Shown here: in pieces, positions 39,174-52,498 of the stretch
Position numbering within the stretch: the first letter of the stretch is position 1
Layout of the letters: each line of letters begins with the position of its first letter
From: Trichosphaerium sp. ATCC 40318
Taxonomy: Eukaryota > Protista > Tubulinea
Direction: 5' to 3'
Assembly (NCBI GenBank): GCA_038496445.1
Contig: JALMLS010000143.1
Coordinates: 310,001 to 374,000, forward strand
DNA length: 64,000 nucleotides
The notes under the pieces: model-generated
Told to the model about the DNA's origin: nothing
The model's input: the letters and a program-made list of their open reading frames with translations, nothing else
Database searches by the model: none
Program-made: the position numbers and the translations under genes

Positions 39174-40732
39174 ATGTCAGCAACAAAAAAAGATAAGAAG
39201 CGGTCTAAATCAAAAAAACAAGCTAAAGGCTCCAAGAGTAAGCAACCTACAAAGGCAGCAAAACAAGTTGTAGTATTTGATGGCAACAAAATGCATAACT
39301 GGGTTGAAATGTTCGAGGGGTACGCTATTAACGTTTACTAGCGTCGAAACAATTAACAACCATTTTAGATGTACATTAAAAGACGGAAGTCCTATACGCG
39401 TTGTACAAGCTTCTTGGATGGAAGTGGACTGTACTGTATACCCTAGCGGTTGTATTTTGGCCGTTGCTCCTATACGCGAAAGCGAGGGTAACTGTGTACG
39501 GCCTAGTACTTTAACCGTAAAACCAGGTGCGTTTTGACGCTATTCTCACTCAGTGAGCCTTAAACTGCTTGTGTAGACTTTATAATCGTAAGAAACCAAC
39601 CTCGCGGACCAACACCCACTCAGGATAAACGAAACGTACTATTCAGCTTGATGTGTGCTAACATACCAGCGATTAATTCATTGAACTCTATTTATATGCA
39701 ACTTGAGAGGCCAGTACGTTTTTTTTTCTTCTTTTTGATCTCTTAAGTTTTGATTGTACTATTTTTGGCTTACAGGATCTCTTTTTTTTGTTGTAGATAA
39801 TGATAGGCGCTTTACGTGAGATTTCAAAGAGATGTGGTGATAAGTTCCCGCTTATTCCTTTAACACATTATGCAAGTTGTAATCAAATGGTGATTGCACC
39901 TGAATTTCCTTGTGTCATGAAAGTATCTCATGCTCACGCTGGTATGGGCAAGGTACTCATGAAAGGTATGTTTAAAGAATCAAATAATAACTAGTGCAAG
40001 CACAAACATGTCATTAAGTTTCGTACATGAGTTTTCTGTCACGTGACAGCTCACTAAACTAAAAGGGTTGAAAAAAAGAGTAGCATTTTATTTTTTCATC
40101 ATTTCACGTGCTAACCGTCTGTGATTAGAGAAGCAAGTTTTCGATGATATGCGTACTGTCCTCGCTTTGGAAGATCAGTACTGCAGTGCTGAGCCATATA
40201 TTGATACTGCTTTTGGTATTCGTGTTCAAAAGGTAGGACCATCGTACAGAGCTTACAAAAAAGTACATACTGGAAGTGGTTGGAAGTCGCAGTTTGGCGG
40301 TGCTGGTCTTGAAACTATCGAAGTAACTGCTGAGTATAAGGTACACAAAATTGCAGTTTATAATTATAAAGAAATTGGTGCTAATATTATTTAGTTTTGG
40401 GTAGACGAGGTAAGACAGGACACTTTGTTCTTTCTGTGAAAATGGAATCTCAAAAACAAGATTTAATAACGCTTGCTTCTAGTGTGCTAAGGCTTTTGGC
40501 GGACTTGATATTCTCGCTGTTGATGCTGTCGTTGGTAAAGATGGCAAACATCACATCATTGAATTAAACGGCACTGCCATCGGTAAGTCTAGTTGCAACT
40601 TTTTTTGGTTCTTCTTGAGATTGTTATAACCAAGCACTAGGTATACAACCAAAACACTGGCAAGAAGATTCTGAGGTTATAAGAGACATGGCTTTAGATA
40701 GGCTAAACGACATTTTCCCACCTAAACAATAA
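39174..40732 (+). CDS. Synapsin-like ATP-grasp protein
   Basis: PDFIIVRN, NSLNSIY, FPCVMKVSHAHAGMGK, IRVQKVG, WK, WVDECAKAFGGLDILAVDA. Confidence 0.88.
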
Positions 40733-40981
40733 GAACAAAAAGAAATACAAAAAAATACAGTAACATTAAATATTCGGTTAGTACAATTACCACTGCCTCA
40801 AAAGGTTTTTTTGAGGTTATTAAATAGAAAATGTCAACAAAATTGATTCGGTCTAAGGTTGGAATACGACTTTTTTCAGAAAAGAGCTCACGTGAAAAAG
40901 AAGCTCTTTTTTCGTTGTTTTCGTGTGATCAAAAAAAAAAAAGTATTTTACAACTACAGTTTTTATTGTCTTTCTCTGGCT

Positions 40982-41988
40982 CTATCTTTTTTCGTATTTT
41001 AGAATGAAGTGTATTACCCCAACGATAATACAAGGACTTGACAAAACATACATTCCAACAATAACCCATTTTGAAATAGTGATATAAGCACATGCCAAAA
41101 ACAATGACTTTTGTACGTTCTCACAAGATCTACTTCGAGATACGCCTACTGTACCAATACCAAGAAGTGACAGTAGTATTACTGATACAGGTAGAAACAA
41201 GCATCCCATAGCCCATCTCAATCCTATCTTACTATATTTACAAGGGAATGAAGCCAATATAAAGAGTTGAGAAGCAATTAAAATTGAAAAGAAAGTATAA
41301 AAGCCATCCACAATAAGCCACGTGTTGAGTCCCATCACTAATACTTGCGTTATTTTCGTAATATTTCTGGATAGATGTCAGCTTTTAACAAGCGCGTACC
41401 AGAGTTATCGTCACACTTCAAATCTCCTTTGTGATTCATACCTATTGAAATCTCCGCAACTGAAATAATGTACCTATTTTTTTCAAAAAATGTTAGCGAC
41501 CACGTGCAATCTAATGGTTAAAAAACGTGTCTTCGTACAATACTGCGAATAGTAAAAAAGCAATCAGTTGACTCCACGCATTTTTACGACAGTAATAACG
41601 TATTTTTTCTCTCCTCTTCAACTTCTTCAACCTCCGTATCTCCTGAAGCCGTTCAAGTTTTTTTTTTTTCACAACTCGAACTACTTTTAAAGAATCACTA
41701 TGCCAGTTAGTCCATAGTTTTTCATCTTCAAATATCTCATTCCATCGCTTTGATACGCTCCGAGAAGCGTGTGCGCTTTCCTTTTTTAACAAAATAAAAA
41801 CGGCCCAAAGCAATTCAGCAGGAAGATCACCAAAACTTGTTTGTTGGCTACTATAGAATAACAAAACTGTTAGTAACATTTTAGGCTTAAAAATATCTCA
41901 TCACGTGCTTCAAGCTTGCTAAAGAAACTAACGACAGTTGACTGCTGGTTATTTCCGTTTCATCTAAAGAAAGCGTGTCTCGGCTCAT
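40982..41988 (-). CDS. F-box protein with C-terminal multi-pass membrane domain
   Basis: FGDLPAELLWAVF..VSKRWNEIFEDEKLW followed by about 4 hydrophobic segments. Confidence 0.75.
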
Positions 41989-42221
41989 TTGGAGTGTTTG
42001 GACAAAGGAAGTTCTGGACCAATTGTTATTTTATCTTTTATTTCGGTTACCCAAGCAGGAATCTCAGATTATTCTATAATTCTAAACCGTTGTTACCTTG
42101 TTGGTTAAGAAATAAAGATAAAAACGAAAAAAAATTTACCCAAAAAGTCAAAGAAAGTAATTTGTCAAATAGCAGCAAAAGTTTTTCTATTGTAGACGTT
42201 TCAAAATAGGAGCGGTTTCTT

Positions 42222-44591
42222 ATGCGTTTTATTGCATTTTTAGTTGCTTTTTGCACATTAGCAACGCTTTCTCACGCCTTGGGTTGTAACTATTTATTCG
42301 TTCCAGGCACAGACGAACCAAGTATGTTTAGATACTTTATCTCTGATTGGAGCGCTTTCTTAACAATTTGTCATTAGTTGGCACCGGACTATGCGTCCAA
42401 GCGCGCGCCAACGGCGTAATGTCTTCTCGACGATACTTATGCACTTCCACAGGTGCGAATTTACGTTTGAAATGTTCTTTCCACCCGCCTTTTCTCAAAA
42501 CGGCACACTAACACCATATTCGCTGTGTAATGCCATACAAAACCCGTACAATACTCTTTTGTTCAATTTCTAAAAACAACTTTCGCGCAATCAGCATCAA
42601 TAACGACAGGAAACGTCCGCTTTCTATATTCTATCACCATTCCCATACATCCAACGAATACTAAAACCAAAATAGGGGTAACGCTTCACAATTACGCTAA
42701 TGAGGACTGTTCTGGCGAAGGCACAGTATCTGCAACCTATGACTCTTCAACTACAACGATAGAATGCAGTAAAACGCAACACGCATCTTGTAGTTTTATT
42801 CTCCGCGTTTTTTCAAAAACCGACTGCAAATCAACTCAAGAGGACTCTGATGACTTTGAGGAAATACCTGTTGCTGTAAGTGTAGCAAAGGACGATAAAA
42901 CATACACATGCAACGAAGATATGATGATAACAAAGAATAACACTGCTGATACAAAATCAGTTGATGCATTTTGTCTTCATGACGGTCCAAATGCAAGAAC
43001 AGCATTGACCAGCGTAAGAAATTGCTACGGTGCAGTTGGAGATACTTGTTCTAATAAGGAACAGTACCCAGCATCCGCTTCACACGATCAGCATACTACT
43101 GCGTGCAAATTTCTTCAAATTGACGACGATACACCTCCAGGTAAACCGAAAAAAACTTCCACGTGCCTATTCCAGACAAAACAAAAACTTTGATTGTCAA
43201 CCATTCTAACCACTGTGATAGTGTCTCCAGATGTCTGTCAAGGATCTCGGGGTTATACTCGTAAATCCTCTAAGTACGTATGTACTGAGTCTGGTGATGT
43301 TGAGTATCGTGAATACAATGCGGCAGGCTGTGAAGGCGAATTTGTTGTTTTAAGCACTTACGCAAAAGCAACGCATAATGTTCATTGCTCTGGTGTCTCA
43401 TGTGGTGTATTGTTTAGAAACTACAAGTTCAGCAATACATTCAATATTGGTACAAGCTTATTTAAGGAAACTGCTGTAGTACAACGTACTTGTCTTGCAA
43501 ATATTGCAGGTGGCACGTCTTCCTATTATGACTGCGATGGAGCAGTTCAAATCAAAAAAGAATTCGCCGGTGTCACGTGCGATGGTGTTCCAACCAATAC
43601 TTTATGGTGGTATGGTTCGTATAATAGTACTAATCAAGATGAAATACCTGAGTACCATGAAGCACTCAACTGCCCTGTGTCTCGCTGTGTACGAACAACT
43701 GCCACCTTTAACTCTTTTTTTTTTATTGACTCCTTCTTTAGCCAGTTGTAGCCACACCAACACCATCTGGGCATCATCTAACCAATGCTCCTACTGAATC
43801 TAACCGTATTGTAAACCCTGATTATGATTATGGTGAAATTTTCAGTATGATATTGACACTTCAAACCCGGTACTGGCCGCTTACTGTTGACGATTTGGAT
43901 AAAATATGCGGTATCGTACAAGACACGATTGGCTTCAAAGGCAATACCGATTGTTTTTTGAGAAATACAAAACGTAGTGCTGAAGCCACAGGTAAGGTTG
44001 ACACTGTATTATATGGGGAGGGTTCTACTGCTATAGGTCAAAAGCTAATTAAAGATTTTGATTTACATCACGAAGTTGATGTTGCTTTAAAGACAGGAGT
44101 TCGTGTCAGTTTGGTACGATGCTTTCAATTGTATTTTGTTCTATTCTCATATTAAACATTTAGTTACATGTTGTACAAGATGGTACTTCTCAACCTGGTG
44201 CCTCCAATGAGTCAAGTGGATCACACCTGGGTACGTTTTTTTTTTGTTGGATATGAGTTTTATTGTTTTTGTTGTTTGTTGTTTTTGACGTTACATAGTG
44301 TACATTATTGGTATTCCTCTCTTCGTTGTCATTGTATTATTGGTTTTCTTGAATCTTTTCTTATGGAGAGTTGCCACTGGACGTAAGGAAAAGGATAATA
44401 ACAATAATGTAGATAATGAGCTTGAGCTTGTTATTCCATCTCCAAGAAGACTTAATGACCCAGATGTTGGTGGAACTGGAGCTACTTTACTTCAAGAGTT
44501 ACCTGATGGTACTATGTCTCCAAGAAACTTAGATGCTACAATAGTTACATTAAGCCCTCGAGATGGCTCTGATGGAGACGAAGAGTTGTAA
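42222..44591 (+). CDS. Type I membrane protein with Cys-rich repeated ectodomain
   Basis: Signal peptide MRFIAFLVAF.., repeated Y.C......Y....C.G units, single TM (YIIGIPLFVVIVLLVFL), acidic tail. Confidence 0.75.
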
Positions 44592-44838
44592 AAAGAAAGC
44601 AAAAAAAACTTGATAAAAAAATTACTATTTGGAACAAACACACTCCTGTTGAGTATTATGAAAACATTTATTGCTACAAGCAATGTGAGTAAACTAGTTG
44701 AATTACGGTGGTTGAGCGTATTCAAGTTTCGTATTTAGGTCGTAGTACGTTGGCTTTGTTCTTGACATGAAATCAGTGAATGTTAGCAAAGGCATTGTTG
44801 TCAACGCTGTTCAAATTTAATGTGAGTTCACAAGCGCG

Positions 44839-45864
44839 ATGCCTGCCTTTATACCGGTTATACTCGGAAGTTTGTAAGTCGTTTTAAACTGCTTTTTCTG
44901 ACATAATGTCAGAACATTCCTTGGGAAAGTGGCGTATGTCACAAAGGTACCGGATTTATTCAAATTCGGGCGTAAGATGTGGCTGGGGCGTTCTGAGTGG
45001 GTTCAATTGGTACGAACACTTCCAAACATCTTATTGATAGCATAAAAGAACGTTGGTGGGTCTAAATATGTCACACAAGAAGTTACACTACGAAAAAAGC
45101 CATCAGTCTTTAAATTCATGCTAGACATGGTAAGGCGCACGCATTAATCTCAAAAGAACCTTAATTGATGCTCTAAAGGAAAATAGAAAGCTACGGAAAA
45201 AAATACTTGAGGTACTCCTTGTACTACGTTCTTTCGCTAACTCATACGCGCAGGAAATGCCTGAGGTGGAATTCGAACGGCACAACTCAAAATATAGCAG
45301 AAGCTTTACAAACGGGGACTTTCGTTTCGACAGAGACGCTAAACACTTTATACACGGTATGCATTGACATTTGACACCTCAAGAAAAAAAAAAGCGAGTG
45401 ACACTTTTTTTGTTTTAGTCTTGAACTACCTTCGTTATGATCGGATATTGATGAAAGATCCTTCAATGTGGGATTTGGAGCGTATACGCGAAGAAGCTGT
45501 GTTTTATGAGATGACAGGTGAGCAACAAAAAAAAATGAGATACTCGGAAAACAACATGGTTTTTTTTGGAAATAATTACTCTCGTGACCAAGTATGACCT
45601 ATTATGTTATTAGATTTGGTTAAAATGATCGATAAGAGGATAGATCTTGTTACAGAAGATGTTTGGAAGACATTAAAGGCGAAGGGGATCGTAGAAAAAG
45701 ACATTGCTGCCATCCAAAGTTCACATTTTTGGAAGGTTGACAAAAGCAAAGCAATGCTTGAAGGATTGCTAACAAAAACTGATTCTGAACTAGAATCAGA
45801 ACAAAAGAAGTCAGACCAAGAGTCAGAACAACTGATACCAGAACAGAGCACAGAAAAAAAATAA
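44839..45864 (+). CDS. BTB/POZ (KCTD-like) protein
   Basis: WVQLNVGGSKYVT, FDRDAKHF, VLNYLR, REEAVFY. Confidence 0.85.
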
Positions 45865-46231
45865 ACACCATTTGTACAACATGGGAAGCACGTGGAAATT
45901 TCTTTTATTTTTTTTGAAATATTACTGGAATTGTAATTGGTGCACCTTTGTTCAACGCATAAAACAACTCACTATTCACAGGAAACTGTCAATATATTCA
46001 CTCAGTTTTAGAGAATTTTCCCTTATGCTGAGACCATAATTTAACACAACTATCCCATTGGTACACTCCATTACGTTCATCATTGGTATAATTACAGTTT
46101 GATGCCAATTAATTATTTCCATACCAGCTATTGTTAAATCAATTTGCGCATCTTTGCAAATAAGTCAGTTTAGAAAGCTGCTGTACTTAGCTGTAAACTT
46201 TAAGTACAGTTAAACGACAAACCAACAAAGC

Positions 46232-47721
46232 ATGGAATTTAGTGGCTTTTCAGTTGAGCAAGCGATCACATACTACAGCAAGAACCACACTGAACAATTC
46301 AGTGTAATTATTGCAAAACAGCGTGAAATGTTCATAAAACAGCTTGAAACCATCTTAAACGTTGCCAATGCAAACCTTGCACAACAACTTGACCAATATC
46401 TCTTCACAAACGCGGGTATCAACGCTGATGGTGTATCAAAGCACCTAGTACATCCTGGAGATGTACAGACTAGTGTGCAATCTGAATATGAGGAAATAGA
46501 GGTATTAAAGCGCAAACAAACGAGAGAGTAAGTTAACAACAGATTTACTACTGACTGTGCTAATAAGCAATAAGAACTCAGACAATGACATGTGCAGCGT
46601 CAAACATACTCAATTTTCCTCCAGAGGTTATTGCAACTATTTTACATCATACAGAAGCAAAATCTAGATTCTCTGTTTCTCAGTCATGTCGGCTGATGGC
46701 CGAGATCATCCACCAAGTTGTTGGATATAAAAAGATTTACATTTATGATATTCCATCTATTCTAAAGGTCAGAAAGTACAAGGGTGTCATGAATAACACT
46801 GTGATTGTTATGAATGTAGAAAACAATAGTTTATACTCGTTGATGTCTGGATGCCGTATCCTGGATACGAACTTTATTAGAAGTTCATCAGAGTTGTGGG
46901 ATAAAAGTAGTGTTATCAATGACTATGATCTGAAAGAACTCAAAGGAATCCATTCCATTTGTCTAGAGAATTGCAAATACATTACAGACGAAGGAATCAA
47001 AGCATTGCAAGGTGTTCATACAATTGCCCTTCCCCGAACTTCAGTATCAGATAGAGGTATCTCAGCACTAAAAGGTGTACATTCTATTGATCTCCGTAAT
47101 TGTCCAAATGTAACAGATGAGGGTATCAAGTCGTTGAAAGGATGTCATACTATTTATCTTTCTCGCACTGAGGTGACGGACAATGGTATCAAAGCACTAA
47201 AAGGAGTTCATGCAATCTACCTTGGTCACACGTCAGTTACAGACGAGGGTATTAAGACTCTCGCTGGTATTCATACAATTTACCTTAATGCTACTGCAGT
47301 GACAGACAAAGGTATAAAAGCTCTCGCAGGTGTTAGTATAATCCATCTTGGAAGCACTCAAGTAACAGATGAAGGTATTAAAGCACTTAAAGGCGTTCAC
47401 GCTATTGACCTTTCTCGCACGTCAGTGACAGATGAAGGTATTAAGACGCTCAAAGGTGTCCATGCCATTAACCTTCAAGGTACTTCAGTTACAAATCAAG
47501 GTATCAAAGCTCTTGCAGGTGTTCATACTATTGGAATTAAAAACTGTAAACATGTGACAAAGAGAGGTATCGAAGCTGTTCCGGGTCTCTATGCTGTAGA
47601 TATATATTATCGTCACTCAGACAAGTTTTTCAATACAGAGTTAAAAGTTGAAAAAGTTGATCATTGTTATCAGTTTATTGAATTTTGTTTGGCAGGTCCT
47701 AACGGATATACCTGGTATTAA
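46232..47721 (+). CDS. F-box-like + ~10 LRR protein, paralog of 6874-11079
   Basis: 99-codon exon 1, phase-compatible intron 46528-46574, ILNFPPEVIATIL, repeats LKGVHAIxLxxTxVTDEGIK. Confidence 0.9.
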
Positions 47722-47846
47722 AGAATACAAAGCATAAATAGCAGTGGCGTTAGATTACTAATCACCACTTAAATGCTTTGTTTATCAATAAAAATAGAGT
47801 TTCAATTTCGAACAAGCTATTTATTTAAGTAATGAACATTAAGTTG

Positions 47847-48831
47847 CTACTGATCTACTCTTTTATCATTTTTGTAGTAAGAAACCTTTCTACCATTGCC
47901 ACCATACACTATGAGCACTCCATCACGCTTGCCATCCTTAAAATCGCACTCAAGCTGCATGCGACCACCAGTATTCCACTCTTTGTACAATCCGGTTTTC
48001 TTACCATCTTTCATATTGAAAGTTGCTTTTCTTTGGCCGTTTTTGTAAAATACGGTGCACTGCCCTTCTAAAATACCACGAGCGTAGGTCTCCTCCTTTA
48101 ACAATACTCCGCTGTCAGACCATTCCTTGAAGTCTCCTTCAATCAGCCCGTTCACATACGTACATTGTACTTGCACTTGAGCATTTTGGTGCCACTTGGT
48201 ATAGCCTCCGTGGTATTTATTATGTACGTACTGACTTTGGTATTCTTTTTGGCCGTTCTCGTACCAACAAATGTGAGTACCTTCCTTACTTTTCTCAACA
48301 TATGTGCATACTTCATCTAATTGACCGTTTTTGAACCACCATTTGTACTCCCCATGTAGATTTCCATTCACGAAGTGACATACGTTTTCCAACTGCCCAT
48401 TTTTAAACCATTGTCTGTACTCTCCCTCTTGATGGTTGTTGGCATAGCGACAAATGATGTTCAGTTCTCCGGTGGGGAACCAAACCTTGCTCTCGCCATG
48501 TAATTTACCAGAAGCGAAAACTGTTTGCTCTTTTAGGTTTCCATTTTTTCCCCAACGCTTCCAAACTCCGTCTTTTTGTAAGTGTTTATTGAACCGAGTT
48601 TTGGTTGCCGTGTAATAACTGATCAATGGCCAATTTTTGTAGAGGCTATGGCTTTTGTCTTGATCGATTATTTCCTCTTGAATTTCGAAGGGGAGATGTA
48701 GCAGACGGAAAGTGTGGGTCCTGTTCTTGTGTACTGCTTTTTTAATCTATTGTGAGCTTTGTTAGACTTTTACTTGTTTGTTTGGTTAGAAGTTGTGGTA
48801 CCCTTTTAAATCGAGCTTCCATACTTGACAT
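47847..48831 (-). CDS. F-box-like + MORN-variant (YwqK-like) repeat protein
   Basis: MSSMEARFKR|intron|..LLHLPFEIQEEII; 24-aa repeats GEYRQWFKNGQLENVCHFVNGNLH. Confidence 0.85.
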
Positions 48832-49039
48832 AAGATGTACTAGGTGTTGCTTTCGTGTTTTTTAATGTCAAGTTGTTGAATAAATAAGAAGTACAATCTC
48901 AGCTTTTTTTTTTTTGAACGATAACTTTTCAATCAAGTACTCAAGCAATCGATTCTACCTAGTATCTAGGTTTATGAGACAATTATAACGAACGTGCTGT
49001 GATGTCTTTGAATAATCTAGTATCCAATGACAGCTGTTC

Positions 49040-49881
49040 GGATGAACCACGCTCCAGGAAGGCACAGCCTGTTATAAATATGATAGATAACTTCCTAAAT
49101 TCTTGAAGAAGTTGAATAAGAACCGGAAATAGCATTTAATCATGGACTTAATAATGATAAAATCACGTGTATTTAAGGTTAATTGCTGTACAATGGATGT
49201 ACACATTCCTACATTTTACCCTTTTCAAGGATATCATAGAAATCTAATGCTTGTTTTGGTTTGGACCCCTTAGCACCCTCAAGCCATCTAACAGCTGTCT
49301 TTACATTTTTCCACGTAGTATTGTCTGCTGGACCGGCCAGGGTGAGTACACCATCACCACCTATAGGAAACGCTTGGAGGCTATGATTTGGATGAACTGA
49401 GTATGTTCTAGTGAATGAACTTGAAGATAGAGTGAAGGTGACTACAAACAAAAGTTAGTTTGCTTTTTTTTTGTAAAGACTTTTTCATAGAAATCCAAAG
49501 CCGTGTACCTGAATCCTGCGATGTTATATCAGTTGATGTTACTGTAATATCACCAGTATTATCTCCTGCCTAGTAATATGTTTGAGTCTACTTTTCACAG
49601 TGTTTTGTAGTTTAGGTACCAGAAACTTATTAATACATTCAGTGTCGCTTGTAATCATCTCATCAATACCAAGAGAAATTTGACTTTGATTTTTAGAACT
49701 ACTATTTTTCGCTGTCAAGAAACTGTTAGAGGAGTTGAATGGAAAGAACACATGGATTAACAGTACATAGTATAGCTTCTTCTGCGATGTGTTTGTAACT
49801 TGCTTTATTCACTGGTACAAAAGTATTAGAATATTGTGAGAAACCTTCTCAGGTCTTGTTTTTTTTCGTACCTCTTTGCAT
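49040..49881 (-). CDS. Hypothetical multi-exon protein, boundaries uncertain
   Basis: Open exon-like segments with GT/AG ends; no recognised motif. Confidence 0.3.
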
Positions 49882-50544
49882 GTTAATGTTGCGTTGTTGT
49901 TGGTTATATGTATAATAATAGTCAGGCAGATTCAAATAAACGGTTTTGGCAGTTTTTAAACAGGTTTTGCTGAACAGTAATTGGCGACAAAAACGCTGAG
50001 AAGCGACGTATTATAGCATCATGCTTCTCAGCAGTTTCTTTATGGCCCACAATTCATACCTAGGGCGTGTTTGTTATGCAATATGTTTCGCCAACCCTCG
50101 TATTTATGGCGCTAAAGCACCATTCAAATAATAGTAATCGTCACGTGATCAATAACAGGTAAACTCCAAAGCAAACGATGTTTGTCGTTTACCTTTGCTA
50201 CACTATTGCTGTTGTTCAGAATGAGTTTAAACTGCCCAAGAAGTCGATGATAATCAACCAGCATAATTGTCCTGAGACACTTATTGTTTCCTTGTATCTT
50301 TAAGACAACAGTTGGTTTAGCGTTTATTAGTTCTAACCACAGCCTGTATCTGTTAGCTGGCTATAACCAACTGTGTCCGCGATATCAATAAAAGTAATAG
50401 CTGACAATTATGCTACCACTTTACTACTACTATACCTTACCAACAATCCATGGGCACTTGAACTCTAGGTCCTTTCTGATACTACCCTTTCACAACGGTA
50501 TTTACCATCAACCTGCAGAGCTTGTAGTACAATTTTTATTGATT

Positions 50545-51974
50545 TTACAAGAGTTTTTGCCAAAACTTCTTATGCTCTTTTACTTGTTTATTGCCAATAT
50601 ATTGGAGATGTCGTCTCAACCGCCCATTGGATCGCCACTCTTTAAACTCTCCTTCTAAACTACCGTTTTTATATTGATAATGTTTATGTATCTTTCCATT
50701 CTGATACCAAAGCTTGTACTCTCCATCTAATTTATCATTGACATAAAAACAATGCTCCTGCAATGTTCTATTTGAATACCAACTCTTATACTCCCCTTCT
50801 CGTTTACCATTAACACTGTAGCAATGTTCCTTTAATTTCCCATTTTCGTACCATTTCTTTGACTCTCCTAAATCACCTTTGACGTATAGATACTGCTCTT
50901 TAGGTACACCAGTATCATACCACTCTTTGTATTCTCCTTCTTGTTTGTCATTAACATATTTACATTCTTCCTTTAAGAAGCCATTACCATACCAACGCTT
51001 ACACTTTCCTTCGAGGTTACCTTTAACATAGTGATAATGCTCATATAATTGACCTGTAGCAAACCAATACTTATATTCTCCTTCTTTCATGTCATTGACA
51101 TAGTTACACTTCATACGCAATATACCAGTTTCATACCACTCATTTGCCTCTCCTTCTTTTTTACCTTTGACATATTGACAGTCTTCCTGTAATTTACCAT
51201 ACATTGAAAAATGTTTGTAATACCCCTCACGCCCACCATTAACATAATTACAATTTTTCTTTAATTGTCCATTTTTATACCATTCATTGTACTCTCCTTG
51301 TATTTTACCTTGTACATAGCCACAATGTATTTCCAAGTTGCCATTTGAATGCCAACGTTTATATTCTCCGTCTTGAATACCATTTATATACTTACAAGTC
51401 TCCCATAATTGACCATTAAAGTACCACTTCTTGTACTCTCCGTCAAGTTCATTTTGTACATAATTACAATGAAGCTCTATTAGAGATTCTCCATCGCCGT
51501 ACCACTTTTTATACTCACCTTCTCGCTCATCATTAACATAATAACATAACTCTACTAAATGACCAGCAAAGTTCCAAAGCTTATACTCTTTCTTATCTCC
51601 AGTAACATACTTAAGTTGCTCTTTAAGATTATTTGTTCTGAACCGTGAACTATACTCTTCTTTTTTACCATGCACCCATTTTTCTTCATACGCAATTGGT
51701 GTTATTGCAAGCATTTGTTTATTTTTGTACTTTTTTATCCATTTCCCTTGTTTTTCTAAGTCATAATCAAACCTTGTTGACATTGCCATTCCTTTTGATA
51801 AAATTGGCATCTTTGTGTATACCTCAAAGTCTAAGTCTGTTATATCAAGGAGAATTTCAATTGGGAGTTGTAGTATAAAGCAGAGACGGCGTTTCGAAGA
51901 CTTCTATTTAAATGTTGTTAGTAGCTTTAAACAAGGCAAGAACAGCTTTAAAAAACCTTTTTCTTGCTTGACAT
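50545..51974 (-). CDS. F-box-like + MORN-variant repeat protein (~14 repeats)
   Basis: MSSKKK|intron|..ILQLPIEILLDI; 24-aa repeats GEYKKWYFNGQLWETCKYINGIQD. Confidence 0.88.
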
Positions 51975-52498
51975 CACGATAACCCCTATTTCGCGTTTGT
52001 TAACGTTTGTTCCAACCGATCGTATTCTATTAGGCTAACGCTTCAATAATTATTTCGGTTATTTAAAACAGTATCTACCATCACGTACGTGCTGCGAATA
52101 CGACCAATTTAATTCCCTTTTGTTGACTTTATTTGATTTAGGATAAAAACCACCCATTGTTGTCCGAATTGTACAATTCTGAGGCAATATATCATTTCAC
52201 TCTTTTCCTGACCTTTTAAACAATTACAATTCATCACTATCGCACGTGCACGTCAAAAAATGAACCCATGTACTAGGAGTATTGATGAATGATTCGTATC
52301 AAGGAGAACAAGTTATCAACATGCAAAAGCATACATCAATCAGCCTCACCTTTCGTAAGGTGTCCTAAATGAAGGGTTTGTGTGGAGAACAATTGTGGAT
52401 ATAATGGTGAATTAGCTTGTTATCAAATAGGATATATTTACATTATAATACAAGTAAGCGTTGTGGATTTTTTTGTAATTACTTCGCTTCTGTATGTG

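Noticed and set aside
49995-50032. 10-bp hairpin GCTGAGAAGC/GCTTCTCAGC
   Set aside because: Isolated, with no TSD, second copy or RNA boxes visible
46232-51974. An integrated giant-virus genome segment
   Set aside because: No viral core genes (capsid, polymerase, packaging ATPase); the genes carry host-type 5' introns and are interleaved with host-like sequence
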